Shown in pieces: positions 27,013-39,650 of a stretch of 64,000 nucleotides of DNA; the first letter of the stretch is position 1, and each line of letters begins with the position of its first letter. The position numbers were made by a program, and so were the translations under genes. The DNA is from Octopus bimaculoides (lineage: Eukaryota), in assembly GCF_001194135.2 (NCBI RefSeq), contig NC_068989.1:53850207-53914206 (forward strand). The letters are read 5' to 3'. The notes below the pieces were generated by a model that was given only the letters and a program-made list of their open reading frames with translations, was not told the DNA's origin and made no database searches.

Positions 27013-27602
27013 ACGCATATGGAATTACCTACTTATTCAATTATAGCGTAAGTGGCTAAGTACCCTACATACATTTGGGTCCTTAACTTAATCCTCGAAG
27101 AGATGTGTGTGCGCGTTTGTGTATATACCTATCTATCTATCTATCTATCTAGGTTCATATTTGTGCCAATGTTTACATCTACTTTTTACATATAAGCATA
27201 TATATATTTCTATATACATATACAAGATGGCTGTATCTATCTGTCTATCTGTCTACCTCTGTCTCGGTATGTCTATATCTATATACATGAGTGAGTGTGT
27301 GTGTGCGCATGCGTGCGTGTGTGTGTGTGCGTGTGTGTGCACATATACGTATGTTTATATATTGTATGTAACACTGGCACTTCCTCCAGCGCACCAAGGC
27401 ATGCAATACATGCCATAAATATTAATATATAAGTGAAAAACGATTCAGTTTTATGCACAAATCATAGATCTTTTCAAGGAACAGGAAAGACGGTAGTCAC
27501 ATGCTATATGTACCCTTATTTTAATCACACGGCTTTAGTTTATTTAAATTCCATGCTTTAGTTGAAGTACCTGATGTCGTCCGTATGGTTATTCCTATAA
27601 AG

Positions 27603-27639
<37 letters not shown>

Positions 27640-28019
27640 AGACATATAGATGATTACATGCACATACACATGCACGCATTTAGCACCATGCATAGAAACA
27701 ATCATACTTAATGTTGACTAAAATATTTGACGTGTGTTTGGTACATTAAAGAGAGCCATACGCCACCCAGGAACGAGTAAATCATGGTAATATGTACCAT
27801 GCTTTCGCTAATTGTTATAGACGCCTATGTAGTCACGAGTAGACATAAGCACCCTTACTCAACTTGGCCCACTCTTTTAGCCTCGGGGTACACTCAGATG
27901 TAATATTGGGACGAGAGGGCAAAAAAGAGCGAATTGTCCCTCTCTCTTAACTTGAGGTGTACTCGGAGGTGACATTCGGCCGAGAGGGCGAAAGAGAGAA
28001 AATGAGAGAGAAAGAGAGC

Positions 28020-28176
28020 TGCAACTGCACTTTCAGGTGAGCACACTGGAGCAACGTAAAATGACTTGACATGGTTAAAGACAAAAATACGATGCACCGT
28101 CTTAAGTCTCACTGAACAGAAACCATTATAATATAAAGTGAACCGAGTGCTGTAACCACTAAACCATGCTCCTCCA
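28020..28176 (-). mobile_element. Decayed tRNA-derived SINE 5' half
   Basis: Minus strand gtggaggagcatggtttagtggttacagcactcggttc...tttacgttgctccagtgtgctcacctg. Confidence 0.65.
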
Positions 28177-28178
28177 CG

Positions 28179-28212
<34 letters not shown>

Positions 28213-28398
28213 TGTATGTATGTATGTATGTATGCATACATACAATATATTCCTCTTCAGGCTATATTATTAGTATTATTCTGCGATTGAGAATTTAAAA
28301 TCACTTCTTTAACTTTCTAAAAGACATCTCAACGCTTCTAAAAGCAAACTTCGTTTGTTTATTTACGTTTGTCGTAATTTGTATTTAACGTATGTATG

Positions 28399-28432
<34 letters not shown>

Positions 28433-28489
28433 TGTATGTATGCATGCATGTATGTATGTATGTATGCATGCATGTATGTAAGTATGTAT

Positions 28490-28607
28490 GTATCGCAAGT
28501 CTCTATTCAGTTTTATTTCAAGACTTCTTGCTAATAGAGAAAAAGCCGGTTTCTAGCCTACATACAAGGCTCCTTCATTTTTGTTTGTTTGTATGTATGT
28601 ATGTATG

Positions 28608-28640
<33 letters not shown>

Positions 28641-29100
28641 GTGTAGATTTGTATGTTTTGTTTTCTGTATGTATTTTCATGTATATAGTTGCATATCTAG
28701 ACATGCTCACATACATTTAAATGATAAACTTCCGGAAAGTTTTACAGATTTTTACAGTTCCTGTGAAGGATTGGATCTATAGTCTTCAAATTAGCTTTCT
28801 CCTTCCTGATTTTGTGAAGCCTAATTTTTGAAGATTGGTATTTAGGCAATGTGTTACATATCCCAGAGCCCCAATAATTACAGGTGTAAACCTAAATCTG
28901 GATAGAATAACTGCAGATTTCTCAATAGTTCGGCATAAGTATTCTCTTTTTCACTGAGCTTCATCTTTATGTTAACATCCGCTGATCAGCTAATTTCCAC
29001 GACTGTACACAGTTTCTCTTCTCTATCCCAAATCATTATATCAGGTGCGTGTAATGTATGTATTTCTGTATTCGCACAGAATTTTGTCAGTGAACAGGTC
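28490..29100 (-). mobile_element. 5'-truncated RLE-type (R2/R4/NeSL superfamily, Dong/R4-like) non-LTR retrotransposon 3' end
   Basis: Minus strand APDIMIWDREEKLCTVVEIS*SADVNIKMKLSEKENTYAELLRNLQLFYPD / FRFTPVIIGALGYVTHCLNTNLQKLGF...IQSFTGTVKICKTFRKFII* (stop 28717-28719). This is a PD..E..K restriction-like endonuclease with the PVIIGALG motif. The 3' UTR contains (TACA)n. Confidence 0.85.
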
Positions 29101-29214
29101 GCGGTCTCAAAGCGACGAAAATATTTTGACGAATTAAATTTAAATGTTCAAGTGAATCTGACGGCTTTTGTGTGTTATTTTAAATGGCTTATAAACACCT
29201 TCCACGCTGCAATT

Positions 29215-29252
<38 letters not shown>

Positions 29253-30162
29253 NNNNNNNNNNNNNNNNNNNNNNNNNNNNNNNNNNNNNNNNNNNNNNNN
29301 NNNNNNNNNNNNNNNNNNNNNNNNNNNNNNNNNNNNNNNNNNNNNNNNNNNNNNNNNNNNNNNNNNNNNNNNNNNNNNNNNNNNNNNNNNNNNNNNNNNN
29401 NNNNNNNNNNNNNNNNNNNNNNNNNNNNNNNNNNNNNNNNNNNNNNNNNNNNNNNNNNNNNNNNNNNNNNNNNNNNNNNNNNNNNNNNNNNNNNNNNNNN
29501 NNNNNNNNNNNNNNNNNNNNNNNNNNNNNNNNNNNNNNNNNNNNNNNNNNNNNNNNNNNNNNNNNNNNNNNNNNNNNNNNNNNNNNNNNNNNNNNNNNNN
29601 NNNNNNNNNNNNNNNNNNNNNNNNNNNNNNNNNNNNNNNNNNNNNNNNNNNNNNNNNNNNNNNNNNNNNNNNNNNNNNNNNNNNNNNNNNNNNNNNNNNN
29701 NNNNNNNNNNNNNNNNNNNNNNNNNNNNNNNNNNNNNNNNNNNNNNNNNNNNNNNNNNNNNNNNNNNNNNNNNNNNNNNNNNNNNNNNNNNNNNNNNNNN
29801 NNNNNNNNNNNNNNNNNNNNNNNNNNNNNNNNNNNNNNNNNNNNNNNNNNNNNNNNNNNNNNNNNNNNNNNNNNNNNNNNNNNNNNNNNNNNNNNNNNNN
29901 NNNNNNNNNNNNNNNNNNNNNNNNNNNNNNNNNNNNNNNNNNNNNNNNNNNNNNNNNNNNNNNNNNNNNNNNNNNNNNNNNNNNNNNNNNNNNNNNNNNN
30001 NNNNNNNNNNNNNNNNNNNNNNNNNNNNNNNNNNNNNNNNNNNNNNNNNNNNNNNNNNNNNNNNNNNNNNNNNNNNNNNNNNNNNNNNNNNNNNNNNNNN
30101 NNNNNNNNNNNNNNNNNNNNNNNNNNNNNNNNNNNNNNNNNNNNNNNNNNNNNNNNNNNNNN

Positions 30163-30195
<33 letters not shown>

Positions 30196-30782
30196 ATATA
30201 TGTACATATGTGTGTGCAAGCATATACAAGAGTGCGTGCTAGACCGTGTGTGTGTGCATGTGTGTGTGTGTATGTGTGTGTATTTGAGTGTGTATACATT
30301 GTTGAAGTGTTGAAGTGGTTAGGTGGTATATGTATTATTACGATGGATCTTATGATGCGTAATAATGAATTACCGGTTATGTGAGTAAAACAACTATTGT
30401 AATATTTTAAAATTGATATATGAGATATCTCTCTATTTATGAAATTATTCACCAATTCCACACTAAGGCAGACCGGTACATTCACGCGCACGCACACACA
30501 CACACACACAGAGTCATACATACACCGTTACGCAAGCATACATACATGCACACATGCGTATATATACATATTTGTTGCGATTCCTACTTATGAAGGCGGA
30601 GCATGTATGCCGTACAGTTGAAGTAGAATGCATAAAGCTTGGAGATACCTTCTATCAAGCTCTCACAAAAATAAAATTTTTATATTGGAATCGGATTTTG
30701 TATTTGCTTTCATTTATACGTATACGTTTATATTCCATTGCATTACTAAGATATAAACTGGGGTGTGTGTATGTTTATGTAC

Positions 30783-30834
<52 letters not shown>

Positions 30835-31478
30835 GTGTGTGTGTCTGTGTGTGTGTGTGAGTGTGAACACATGCATGCACTGAGATGGATGAATAGATTG
30901 ATGGGTACGTTGGGAAGTAAGTACGTAAGTATCTAGGTAGGTAGGTAAGTAGGTATGTACAGAGCTAGCTATACATATGCATATATAGCTATACATATAC
31001 ATATACACAAAAATATATATATACATACATATATATATATATATNNNNNNNNNNNNNNNNNNNNNNNNNNNNNNNNNNNNNNNNNNNNNNNNNNNNNNNN
31101 NNNNNNNNNNNNNNNNNNNNNNNNNNNNNNNNNNNNNNNNNNNNNNNNNNNNNNNNNNNNNNNNNNNNNNNNNNNNNNNNNNNNNNNNNNNNNNNNNNNN
31201 NNNNNNNNNNNNNNNNNNNNNNNNNNNNNNNNNNNNNNNNNNNNNNNNNNNNNNNNNNNNNNNNNNNNNNNNNNNNNNNNNNNNNNNNNNNNNNNNNNNN
31301 NNNNNNNNNNNNNNNNNNNNNNNNNNNNNNNNNNNNNNNNNNNNNNNNNNNNNNNNNNNNNNNNNNNNNNNNNNNNNNNNNNNNNNNNNNNNNNNNNNNN
31401 NNNNNNNNNNNNNNNNNNNNNNNNNNNNNNNNNNNNNNNNNNNNNNNNNNNNNNNNNNNNNNNNNNNNNNNNNNNNNN

Positions 31479-31531
<53 letters not shown>

Positions 31532-31552
31532 ATATATATGTATATATATATG

Positions 31553-31583
<31 letters not shown>

Positions 31584-31660
31584 GTATGTATAAAGAGAAT
31601 ATTTAAATCCCACTTATCTATTTGACACACATGCATATAAAGTTATACACACACACACAA

Positions 31661-31691
<31 letters not shown>

Positions 31692-31708
31692 CATACAAAT
31701 GTGCTAAA

Positions 31709-31820
31709 GTGGCTGTGTGGTCAGTAGCTTGCTTTCCAAGCACTTGACTGTGGGTTCAGACCCACTGCGTGGCACCTGGCGCAACCGTTTTCTGCTATAC
31801 CTTAGGAGCGACCAAAGCCT

Positions 31821-31902
<82 letters not shown>

Positions 31903-32085
31903 TGTGTGTGTTTGTCCTCCCACCATTGCTTCACAACCAATGCTGGTGTGACTACATCCCCGTTAACTAGCGGCTCGGCAAAGGAGGCCGACAGAGTAAG
32001 TACTAGGATTACAAAGAATAAGTACTGTTCGACGAAATGGCGGTGCTCCAGTCAAATGATTGAAACAAATAAAAAAATAGAAGAG
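31709..32085 (+). mobile_element. SINE (family B) with internal (TG)n
   Basis: gtggctgtgtggtcagtagcttgc...cccactgcgtggcacc...[(TG)n 31825-31910]...gtaactagcggctcggcaaa...cagtcaaatgattgaaac. Confidence 0.85.
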
Positions 32086-32384
32086 TATATATACATTTAC
32101 GCACATGCATACGTACAAATACGCATACATATTTATACACACACATACACATGTAATTAAACATATATATGCATATATTTATATATATAAACATAGAACA
32201 TAATCATCTTATTGCTTAACTATTCTCACACGGAAATAAATTTGTGCTAGTAAGCATAAATCCCCTGTTTTAGATGCATGTGTGAGTGTACATGTGTGTT
32301 TGTGCGTATAGGGCGGGTATTAACACATGCACAAAATACACACATATGTATAATTAAATATAAGGATTTATGAGATAGATCGAG

Positions 32385-32422
<38 letters not shown>

Positions 32423-32740
32423 NNNNNNNNNNNNNNNNNNNNNNNNNNNNNNNNNNNNNNNNNNNNNNNNNNNNNNNNNNNNNNNNNNNNNNNNNNNNNN
32501 NNNNNNNNNNNNNNNNNNNNNNCAGTTTGTTATGTTGGTTTGGTTTAGCTTCGCTTGAATTGGTTTTGTTTTGCTATGGTTTGGCTTCGCTTCGCTTGAG
32601 TGGGTTTGATTCGATTTTGTTGACTTGTTTTTTTATTGCGTTTGTTATTTCAATCATCTAAGTTCTAATTCCGATTGTTAATAACCCATTGGAATCGGCA
32701 TTTGTACAAGAATTTGCCTCTGAGATCGATCCGATACATA

Positions 32741-32807
<67 letters not shown>

Positions 32808-32854
32808 CACATACACAAAACACATACACACTCATAAACTCATACATAATCTGG

Positions 32855-32995
32855 AACTCGACTGAGGAAGGAAAACTCCGAATGACCCGTCCTTGCTTTC
32901 TTTGTATCGTCTGTCTGGATGTTTTGTTGTCCCATTTTTGTATCATCAAACTGTCGGATGTTTTGCGTTCTTGTCACATCTTGTACTTTTTATAT
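32855..32995 (+). mobile_element. Possible second PLE-type terminal repeat with partial hammerhead-like core (32862-32892)
   Basis: CUGAGGA-A-GGA(AAAC)UCC-GAA after a CA-rich tract. The 3' side (UGACCCGUC) does not form a clean stem III or stem I. Confidence 0.3.
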
Positions 32996-33006
32996 ATAAA
33001 ATATAT

Positions 33007-33174
33007 GAGTGGCTGTGTGGTAAGTAGCTTGCCTATCAGCCACATGGTTCTGGGATCAGTCCCACTGCGTGGCACCTTGGGCAAGTGTCTTCTACTATAG
33101 CCTCGGGCCGACCAAAGCCTTATGAGTGGATTTGGTAGACGGAAACTGAAAGACGTTCGCCGTATATTTGTATA

Positions 33175-33210
<36 letters not shown>

Positions 33211-33432
33211 TGTATGTATGTGTGTGTATGTTTGTGTGTCCTCCCAACTTCGCTTGACAACCGATGTTGGTGTGTTTACAGCCCCGTAACTTAGCGGCTC
33301 GGCAAAAAGAGACTGATAGAATAAGTACTAGGCTTACAAAGAATAAGTCCTGGGATCGATTTGCTTGACTAAAAGGCGGTGCTCCAGCATGGCCACAGTC
33401 AAATGACTGAAACAAGTAAAAGAGTAAAAGAG
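33007..33432 (+). mobile_element. Near-full-length SINE (family B) with internal (TATG)n
   Basis: tRNA-like head gagtggctgtgtggtaagtagcttgc...tctgggatcagtccc, body, microsatellite at about 33170-33230, 3' region and (aagagtaa) tail. Confidence 0.9.
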
Positions 33433-34924
33433 TATATGTGTATATTTATATATATATACGCATATATATGTGTGTGTGTACATATATATGTGTGTATATA
33501 TATATATATGTGTGTATATATATATACATATATATATGCATGTGTATATGCATGAATATAGTTATGTAGCTATGTATGTGTATAGGGAAGAAATATACCT
33601 ATTCAGGAGGAGCTCTTTCACTGTAACTGTGCATGCCAACGCCTGTGTATTCGTCACCGTAAGTAGAAGCGTTTCTACTGCAAGCATTCGGTCCTTGGAT
33701 ATTCATACGGAATATAAGAAAACTGAATGAGAGAATACCACCTATTCTTCTAACATTCGAGAGAGGAATAAACCTTAAACCGAACACAAAATGTCGCGAG
33801 CTCTGTCCCATTCTTTTGTGATTACATCATTAAATACGAACACAGATAAACTAAATCATCACCACAAACCCCTGATATTAATGCCTGAACAAGGAATACT
33901 GGGTTGTTCATTGGTTACATAGTAAATACATAAACCAAGTAAGCAGGGTGCAGCAGCAAGATTGTGTGTGCAAGAAAACGAAATGTCAGCCGTTTCGTCA
34001 ATAGTGTGAGAATAAAATGTAAGCCAGGTGATCCATGCGATATGCTGTAAGGGAAAATACCCAGTACCCACATAACTAATAGCAGCACCCACGACACAGT
34101 AATGCAAGTAACGCCAGTGGCAGAGCTAAGGGCAAAACACTATCACCGCCTCATTAAAAGTGTTCCCTTCTTAATAACCTTCTTAACAACATCGAAACAT
34201 GTAAAAACTACTACTTCATGAATTTTGACTTCCATTAATCTCTAAATTACAGAACTTTCACCGACTGCCTTTCTTTATTTCTTTCTGTATCTGTTTGTCT
34301 CTCTTTCTCTCCCTCTCCCACTCCCCATATATATATATACATACATACATATTGTATATACATTATATATACATATACGCATATATATATANNNNNNNNN
34401 NNNNNNNNNNNNNNNNNNNNNNNNNNNNNNNNNNNNNNNNNNNNNNNNNNNNNNNNNNNNNNNNNNNNNNNNNNNNNNNNNNNNNNNNNNNNNNNNNNNN
34501 NNNNNNNNNNNNNNNNNNNNNNNNNNNNNNNNNNNNNNNNNNNNNNNNNNNNNNNNNNNNNNNNNNNNNNNNNNNNNNNNNNNNNNNNNNNNNNNNNNNN
34601 NNNNNNNNNNNNNNNNNNNNNNNNNNNNNNNNNNNNNNNNNNNNNNNNNNNNNNNNNNNNNNNNNNNNNNNNNNNNNNNNNNNNNNNNNNNNNNNNNNNN
34701 NNNNNNNNNNNNNNNNNNNNNTTGTGTAATTTTTATGTTGTCGTGTTTGTTTTTGTCCTTGTTCTGTACGTTCATTAGCTATTCCCAGTGCTGGCGCCAC
34801 CGAAAGTGAATAATATCAACGTTAAAAATGCGAAATTGTAAGGATCTTTTGGATGTTGACTGATAATAAATTAACTAAGTTATTTTAACATAAGTTAAAA
34901 TAATAATAATAATCATAATAATAA

Positions 34925-34928
34925 TGAC

Positions 34929-34997
<69 letters not shown>

Positions 34998-35004
34998 AAT
35001 GATG

Positions 35005-35049
<45 letters not shown>

Positions 35050-35050
35050 G
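34925..35050. repeat. (GAT)n microsatellite
   Basis: Direct reading. Confidence 0.95.
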
Positions 35051-35539
35051 TTATGATGTTGGTAATAAGGACAGTAATAAACGAATGAAGAAAAATATAT
35101 AGTGCGTGTGCTTATTTGGCAAAAAGAAAATGACCGTCCTGAAATATAACAATTTCTGTTTCAACACTTGATTTCACATCTGTCTTATGTATGTATGTAT
35201 GTATGTATGTATGTATGTATGTATGTATGTATGTATGTATGTACTACGTATGTACGTATGCTTCTATGCATGAATATGCATATCAATATATATACAGAAG
35301 CATATGTGTTTGTTTATATGTGTGTGTGAGAGAGAGAGAGAGAGCGAAAGAACGTGTCTTGTTTGCTTGTCGATGTGGCAGAAGGTTAAATCTTCAACAT
35401 ATATATATATATACCAACTTATAGAAATATGTACACACACACACTGACATACACGCACGCACTGACTTACACACACACTCATATATATGTATATATGCGT
35501 GTATGTATACATGCCCATGTATACCCACATACGCAGACT

Positions 35540-35574
<35 letters not shown>

Positions 35575-36599
35575 TAAACGTGTGTATGTATGTGTATTTG
35601 TGTGTGTGTTTGTATGTGTGCGTGTGTTTGTATGTGTGCGTGTGTGTGTGTGTGTGTATGTGTGTGTGTGTGTGTGTGTGTGTCCGTGCGTGTGTGTGTG
35701 TGTGTTTGGAAACCTAGGCCAATGCGTTTCTCTCTCGATATCATTATGCGTGTTAGTTCATCTAACCTCTACAGAATACCAGACAAGAATTATTAAGACA
35801 AGATGTGGAATGGAAATATGAGAGTGACTTACTGATTTGAAAATTATATATATATATATNNNNNNNNNNNNNNNNNNNNNNNNNNNNNNNNNNNNNNNNN
35901 NNNNNNNNNNNNNNNNNNNNNNNNNNNNNNNNNNNNNNNNNNNNNNNNNNNNNNNNNNNNNNNNNNNNNNNNNNNNNNNNNNNNNNNNNNNNNNNNNNNN
36001 NNNNNNNNNNNNNNNNNNNNNNNNNNNNNNNNNNNNNNNNNNNNNNNNNNNNNNNNNNNNNNNNNNNNNNNNNNNNNNNNNNNNNNNNNNNNNNNNNNNN
36101 NNNNNNNNNNNNNNNNNNNNNNNNNNNNNNNNNNNNNNNNNNNNNNNNNNNNNNNNNNNNNNNNNNNNNNNNNNNNNNNNNNNNNNNNNNNNNNNNNNNN
36201 NNNNNNNNNNNNNNNNNNNNNNNNNNNNNNNNNNNNNNNNNNNNNNNNNNNNNNNNNNNNNNNNNNNNNNNNNNNNNNNNNNNNNNNNNNNNNNNNNNNN
36301 NNNNNNNNNNNNNNNNNNNNNNNNNNNNNNNNNNNNNNNNNNNNNNNNNNNNNNNNNNNNNNNNNNNNNNNNNNNNNNNNNNNNNNNNNNNNNNNNNNNN
36401 NNNNNNNNNNNNNNNNNNNNNNNNNNNNNNNNNNNNNNNNNNNNNNNNNNNNNNNNNNNNNNNNNNNNNNNNNNNNNNNNNNNNNNNNNNNNNNNNNNNN
36501 NNNNNNNNNNNNNNNNNNNNNNNNNNNNNNNNNNNNNNNNNNNNNNNNNNNNNNNNNNNNNNNNNNNNNNNNNNNNNNNNNNNNNNNNNNNNNNNNNNN

Positions 36600-36650
<51 letters not shown>

Positions 36651-36669
36651 ATACATACATACATACATG

Positions 36670-36880
36670 CTCAGTGCTTAAATACTAATTTGAGAAATTT
36701 GGGCTCTCAAAGGAGAGAGTTGATTCGAAGATCCAAGCCATCACTGGAACTGAAAATATCTGTAAAACTTCCCAGAAGTTTATCATTTAAGTATGAGCAT
36801 GTCAGATATGCAAGCCCTAGCTGTGAGAAGGCAGACATAAAACAAATCATACAAATCTCCACGTATACATATGTGCCTAC
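36670..36880 (+). mobile_element. Short 5'-truncated copy of the RLE-type LINE 3' end
   Basis: tgcttaaatactaatttgagaaatttggg...atccaagccatcactggaactgaaaatatctgtaaaacttcccagaagtttatcatttaagtatgagcatgtcagatatgcaa aligns to the 28.7-kb copy (CLNTNL..LG...IQ..TGT..ICK...KFII*). Confidence 0.85.
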
Positions 36881-37392
36881 ATATATACACACATATATAC
36901 ATGCATACATGGGTACATACAATGATACATATATACTTAAATACATGGATAGAAACATACATACATGCATACATACACATGCATATAAATACATACATAC
37001 ACACGCATATACACACACACACGCATCCACACACACAAACAAACAAATACATGAAAATACGAACGGCGACACAACAGGGGCTTTGACCGATGAGACTTTA
37101 CGAGACCGTGAAACGCTTACAACGTGACTCTACTTTCGCTTTAGTAATACGTATTGTTAAATCCTCTCGTCCTTTCGGTGTCGACAAAATAATTACCAGT
37201 TAAATACTGAAGTCAATGTACTCGACCAAGATCCCCCACCACCTAAAATTTTAGTCTACCTACATTAAAAAAGAATTATTCTCAATTTCAGTTTCGTATT
37301 GATTGTCATTATCTGTACGTATCTTTCGCTTGCTTTGATACCTTTTCCGTGTCTCTAGCTTTACATTACTCTCGCTTTCTCTCTGTCTCTGA

Positions 37393-37461
<69 letters not shown>

Positions 37462-37914
37462 NNNNNNNNNNNNNNNNNNNNNNNNNNNNNNNNNNNNNNN
37501 NNNNNNNNNNNNNNNNNNNNNNNNNNNNNNNNNNNNNNNNNNNNNNNNNNNNNNNNNNNNNNNNNNNNNNNNNNNNNNNNNNNNNNNNNNNNNNNNNNNN
37601 NNNNNNNNNNNNNNNNNNNNNNNNNNNNNNNNNNNNNNNNNNNNNNNNNNNNNNNNNNNNNNNNNNNNNNNNNNNNNNNNNNNNNNNNNNNNNNNNNNNN
37701 NNNNNNNNNNNNNNNNNNNNNNNNNNNNNNNNNNNNNNNNNNNNNNNNNNNNNNNNNNNNNNNNNNNNNNNNNNNNNNNNNNNNNNNNNNNNNNNNNNNN
37801 NNNNNNNNNNNNNNNNNNNNNNNNNNNNNNNNNNNNNNNNNNNNNNNNNNNNNNNNNNNNNNNNNNNNNTATATATATATATATATATATATATATGGGA
37901 GAATGTACGAAAAA

Positions 37915-38105
37915 AAAAAAACAACAGACGAGGACAGGTGGTGTAAACAATAAAAGGATATATTAGTTTGATGCTCGGGAATACAGAAAGTTTTTAACGT
38001 TTCGAGCTACGCTCTTCAACAGAAAGAATACGGAGAAAACAAGGAGAAAAACACGGAGAAAAAAAAATTGAATGTTCTTTGGTCAACGATTAATCATGAC
38101 GTCTG
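37915..38105 (-). mobile_element. Solo PLE-type terminal repeat with hammerhead-like motif (copy 3; core 37996-38022)
   Basis: Aligns to 3805-3985. Minus strand: UUU-CUGUUGA-A-GAGC(GUA)GCUC-GAAA-CGU-U|AAA, with the same A6->U change as copy 1. Confidence 0.65.
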
Positions 38106-38139
38106 CGATAAATACACACATACACACACATTTATGTAT

Positions 38140-38372
38140 GTATGTATATGTATGTGTGCGGGTGCGTCCCACCTCACCTCCACCTGAAAACCAGTGTTGA
38201 TGTGTTTACGCCCCCGTGACTTAGCGGTTCGGCCTAAGAAAGAGATAGAAAAATCACCAGGCTTTAAAAGATAAGTACTCGGACCTGATTCGTTCAACTA
38301 AAAATTCTTCAAGGCGGTGCTACAGCATGGCCGCAGTCTAACGACGCGAAGCGAGTAGACGATAAAAAGATG
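38140..38372 (+). mobile_element. 3' half of a family B SINE
   Basis: gtgtttacgcccccgtgacttagcggttcggcc...aaggcggtgctacagcatggccgcagtc. Confidence 0.8.
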
Positions 38373-38771
38373 AAATAACACACACACACACACACGTGCG
38401 CGCGCGTGCGCGTGTCGGCGCTTACGTAAGCGTGCGCATCAAATACGTGTTTCATCTGATCTCTCTTCTCCGTTCTATTTCAACTCCTGCCCATTATTAC
38501 GGCTGCCATTTCTAATACCAGCACCGAACGCTACCACCGCCAACATGAACGATAACTCCACGGCTACTAATACTTCTACTACGAAACAGCTATAACAACA
38601 ACAAAAACAACTACTACTACTACTACTACTACTACTAATACTACTACCATTACCACAACCTCCATCACTATCTGTACTGCTATACGCCCATACAATATGT
38701 CTATATATGTGTTTTTATACATATGTATATGTGTTTGCGTGCATATATATACATACAAACACGTATATACA

Positions 38772-38805
<34 letters not shown>

Positions 38806-38952
38806 GATAAATACATCCATCCATCCATTCATACATACATACATACATACATACATAAATTCTTCATTTCAGGTTTAAACAAAAGTAATTCCAACGAAAG
38901 TTGGTTCCTGTCAATTTAAACTTCATTCTCACTTCCTCCTTCCACACATATC

Positions 38953-39384
38953 ATTTTTTACTCTAGGCAAGAGGCCCGAAATTTTTGGGAAGGAGGCCAG
39001 TCGGTTAGATTGATCCCAGTACGCAACTGTTGCTTAATTTATCAACCCCGAAAGGATGAAAGGCAAAGTCGACCTCGGCGGAATTTGAACTCAGAACGTA
39101 AAGCCAGACAAAATACCGCTAAGCATTTCGCCCGATGTGCCAACGTTTCCCATTTCTTTATTGCTCACGAGGGGCTAAACATAGAGGGGACAAACAAGGA
39201 CAGACAAAGGGATTAAGTCGATTACATCGACCCCAGTGCTTAACTGGTACTTTATTTATCGACCCTGAAAGGATGACAGGCAAAGTCGACCTCGGTGGAA
39301 TTTGAACTCAGAACATAAGGACAGACGAAATACCGCTAAGCATTTCGTCCGGCGTGCTAACGGTTCTGCCAGCTCACCGCCTTT
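38953..39384 (-). mobile_element. Dimer of family A SINEs bounded by one 15-bp direct repeat
   Basis: Two copies of ggcaaagtcgacctcgg(c/t)ggaatttgaactcagaac. Flanked by ccttcca(c/a)acatatc at 38938-38952 and 39385-39399. Confidence 0.8.
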
Positions 39385-39573
39385 CCTTCCAAACATATCG
39401 CAATACTCCAACTATTGTTACAAGGATTTATAGTCATAGCAGTAATGTAATGAGGACATATATATCTCCATATATTCATGTATTCATGGCGCAGTATCCT
39501 TTGCATTGTGAAATGACCAGGTCCGGTTAAAATTTGAGTTAAGATCTGAGTTACGGTTTGCGGTATGGGACAG

Positions 39574-39650
39574 GTTAGGGTTAAGGGTTAGGGTTAAGGT
39601 TTAGGATTATGTTTAGGGTTTAAGATTAGGGTAAGGGTTAGAGTTAGAGT
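39574..39650 (+). repeat. Degenerate interstitial telomere-like (TTAGGG)n tract
   Basis: gttagggttaagggttagggttaaggtttaggattatgtttagggtttaagattagggtaagggttagagttagag. Confidence 0.7.

Noticed and set aside
37080-37125. ccgatgagactttacgagaccgtgaaacgc as a hammerhead
   Set aside because: Stem II does not pair adjacent to GAAA, U4 is altered, and there is no cleavage triplet with stem I.
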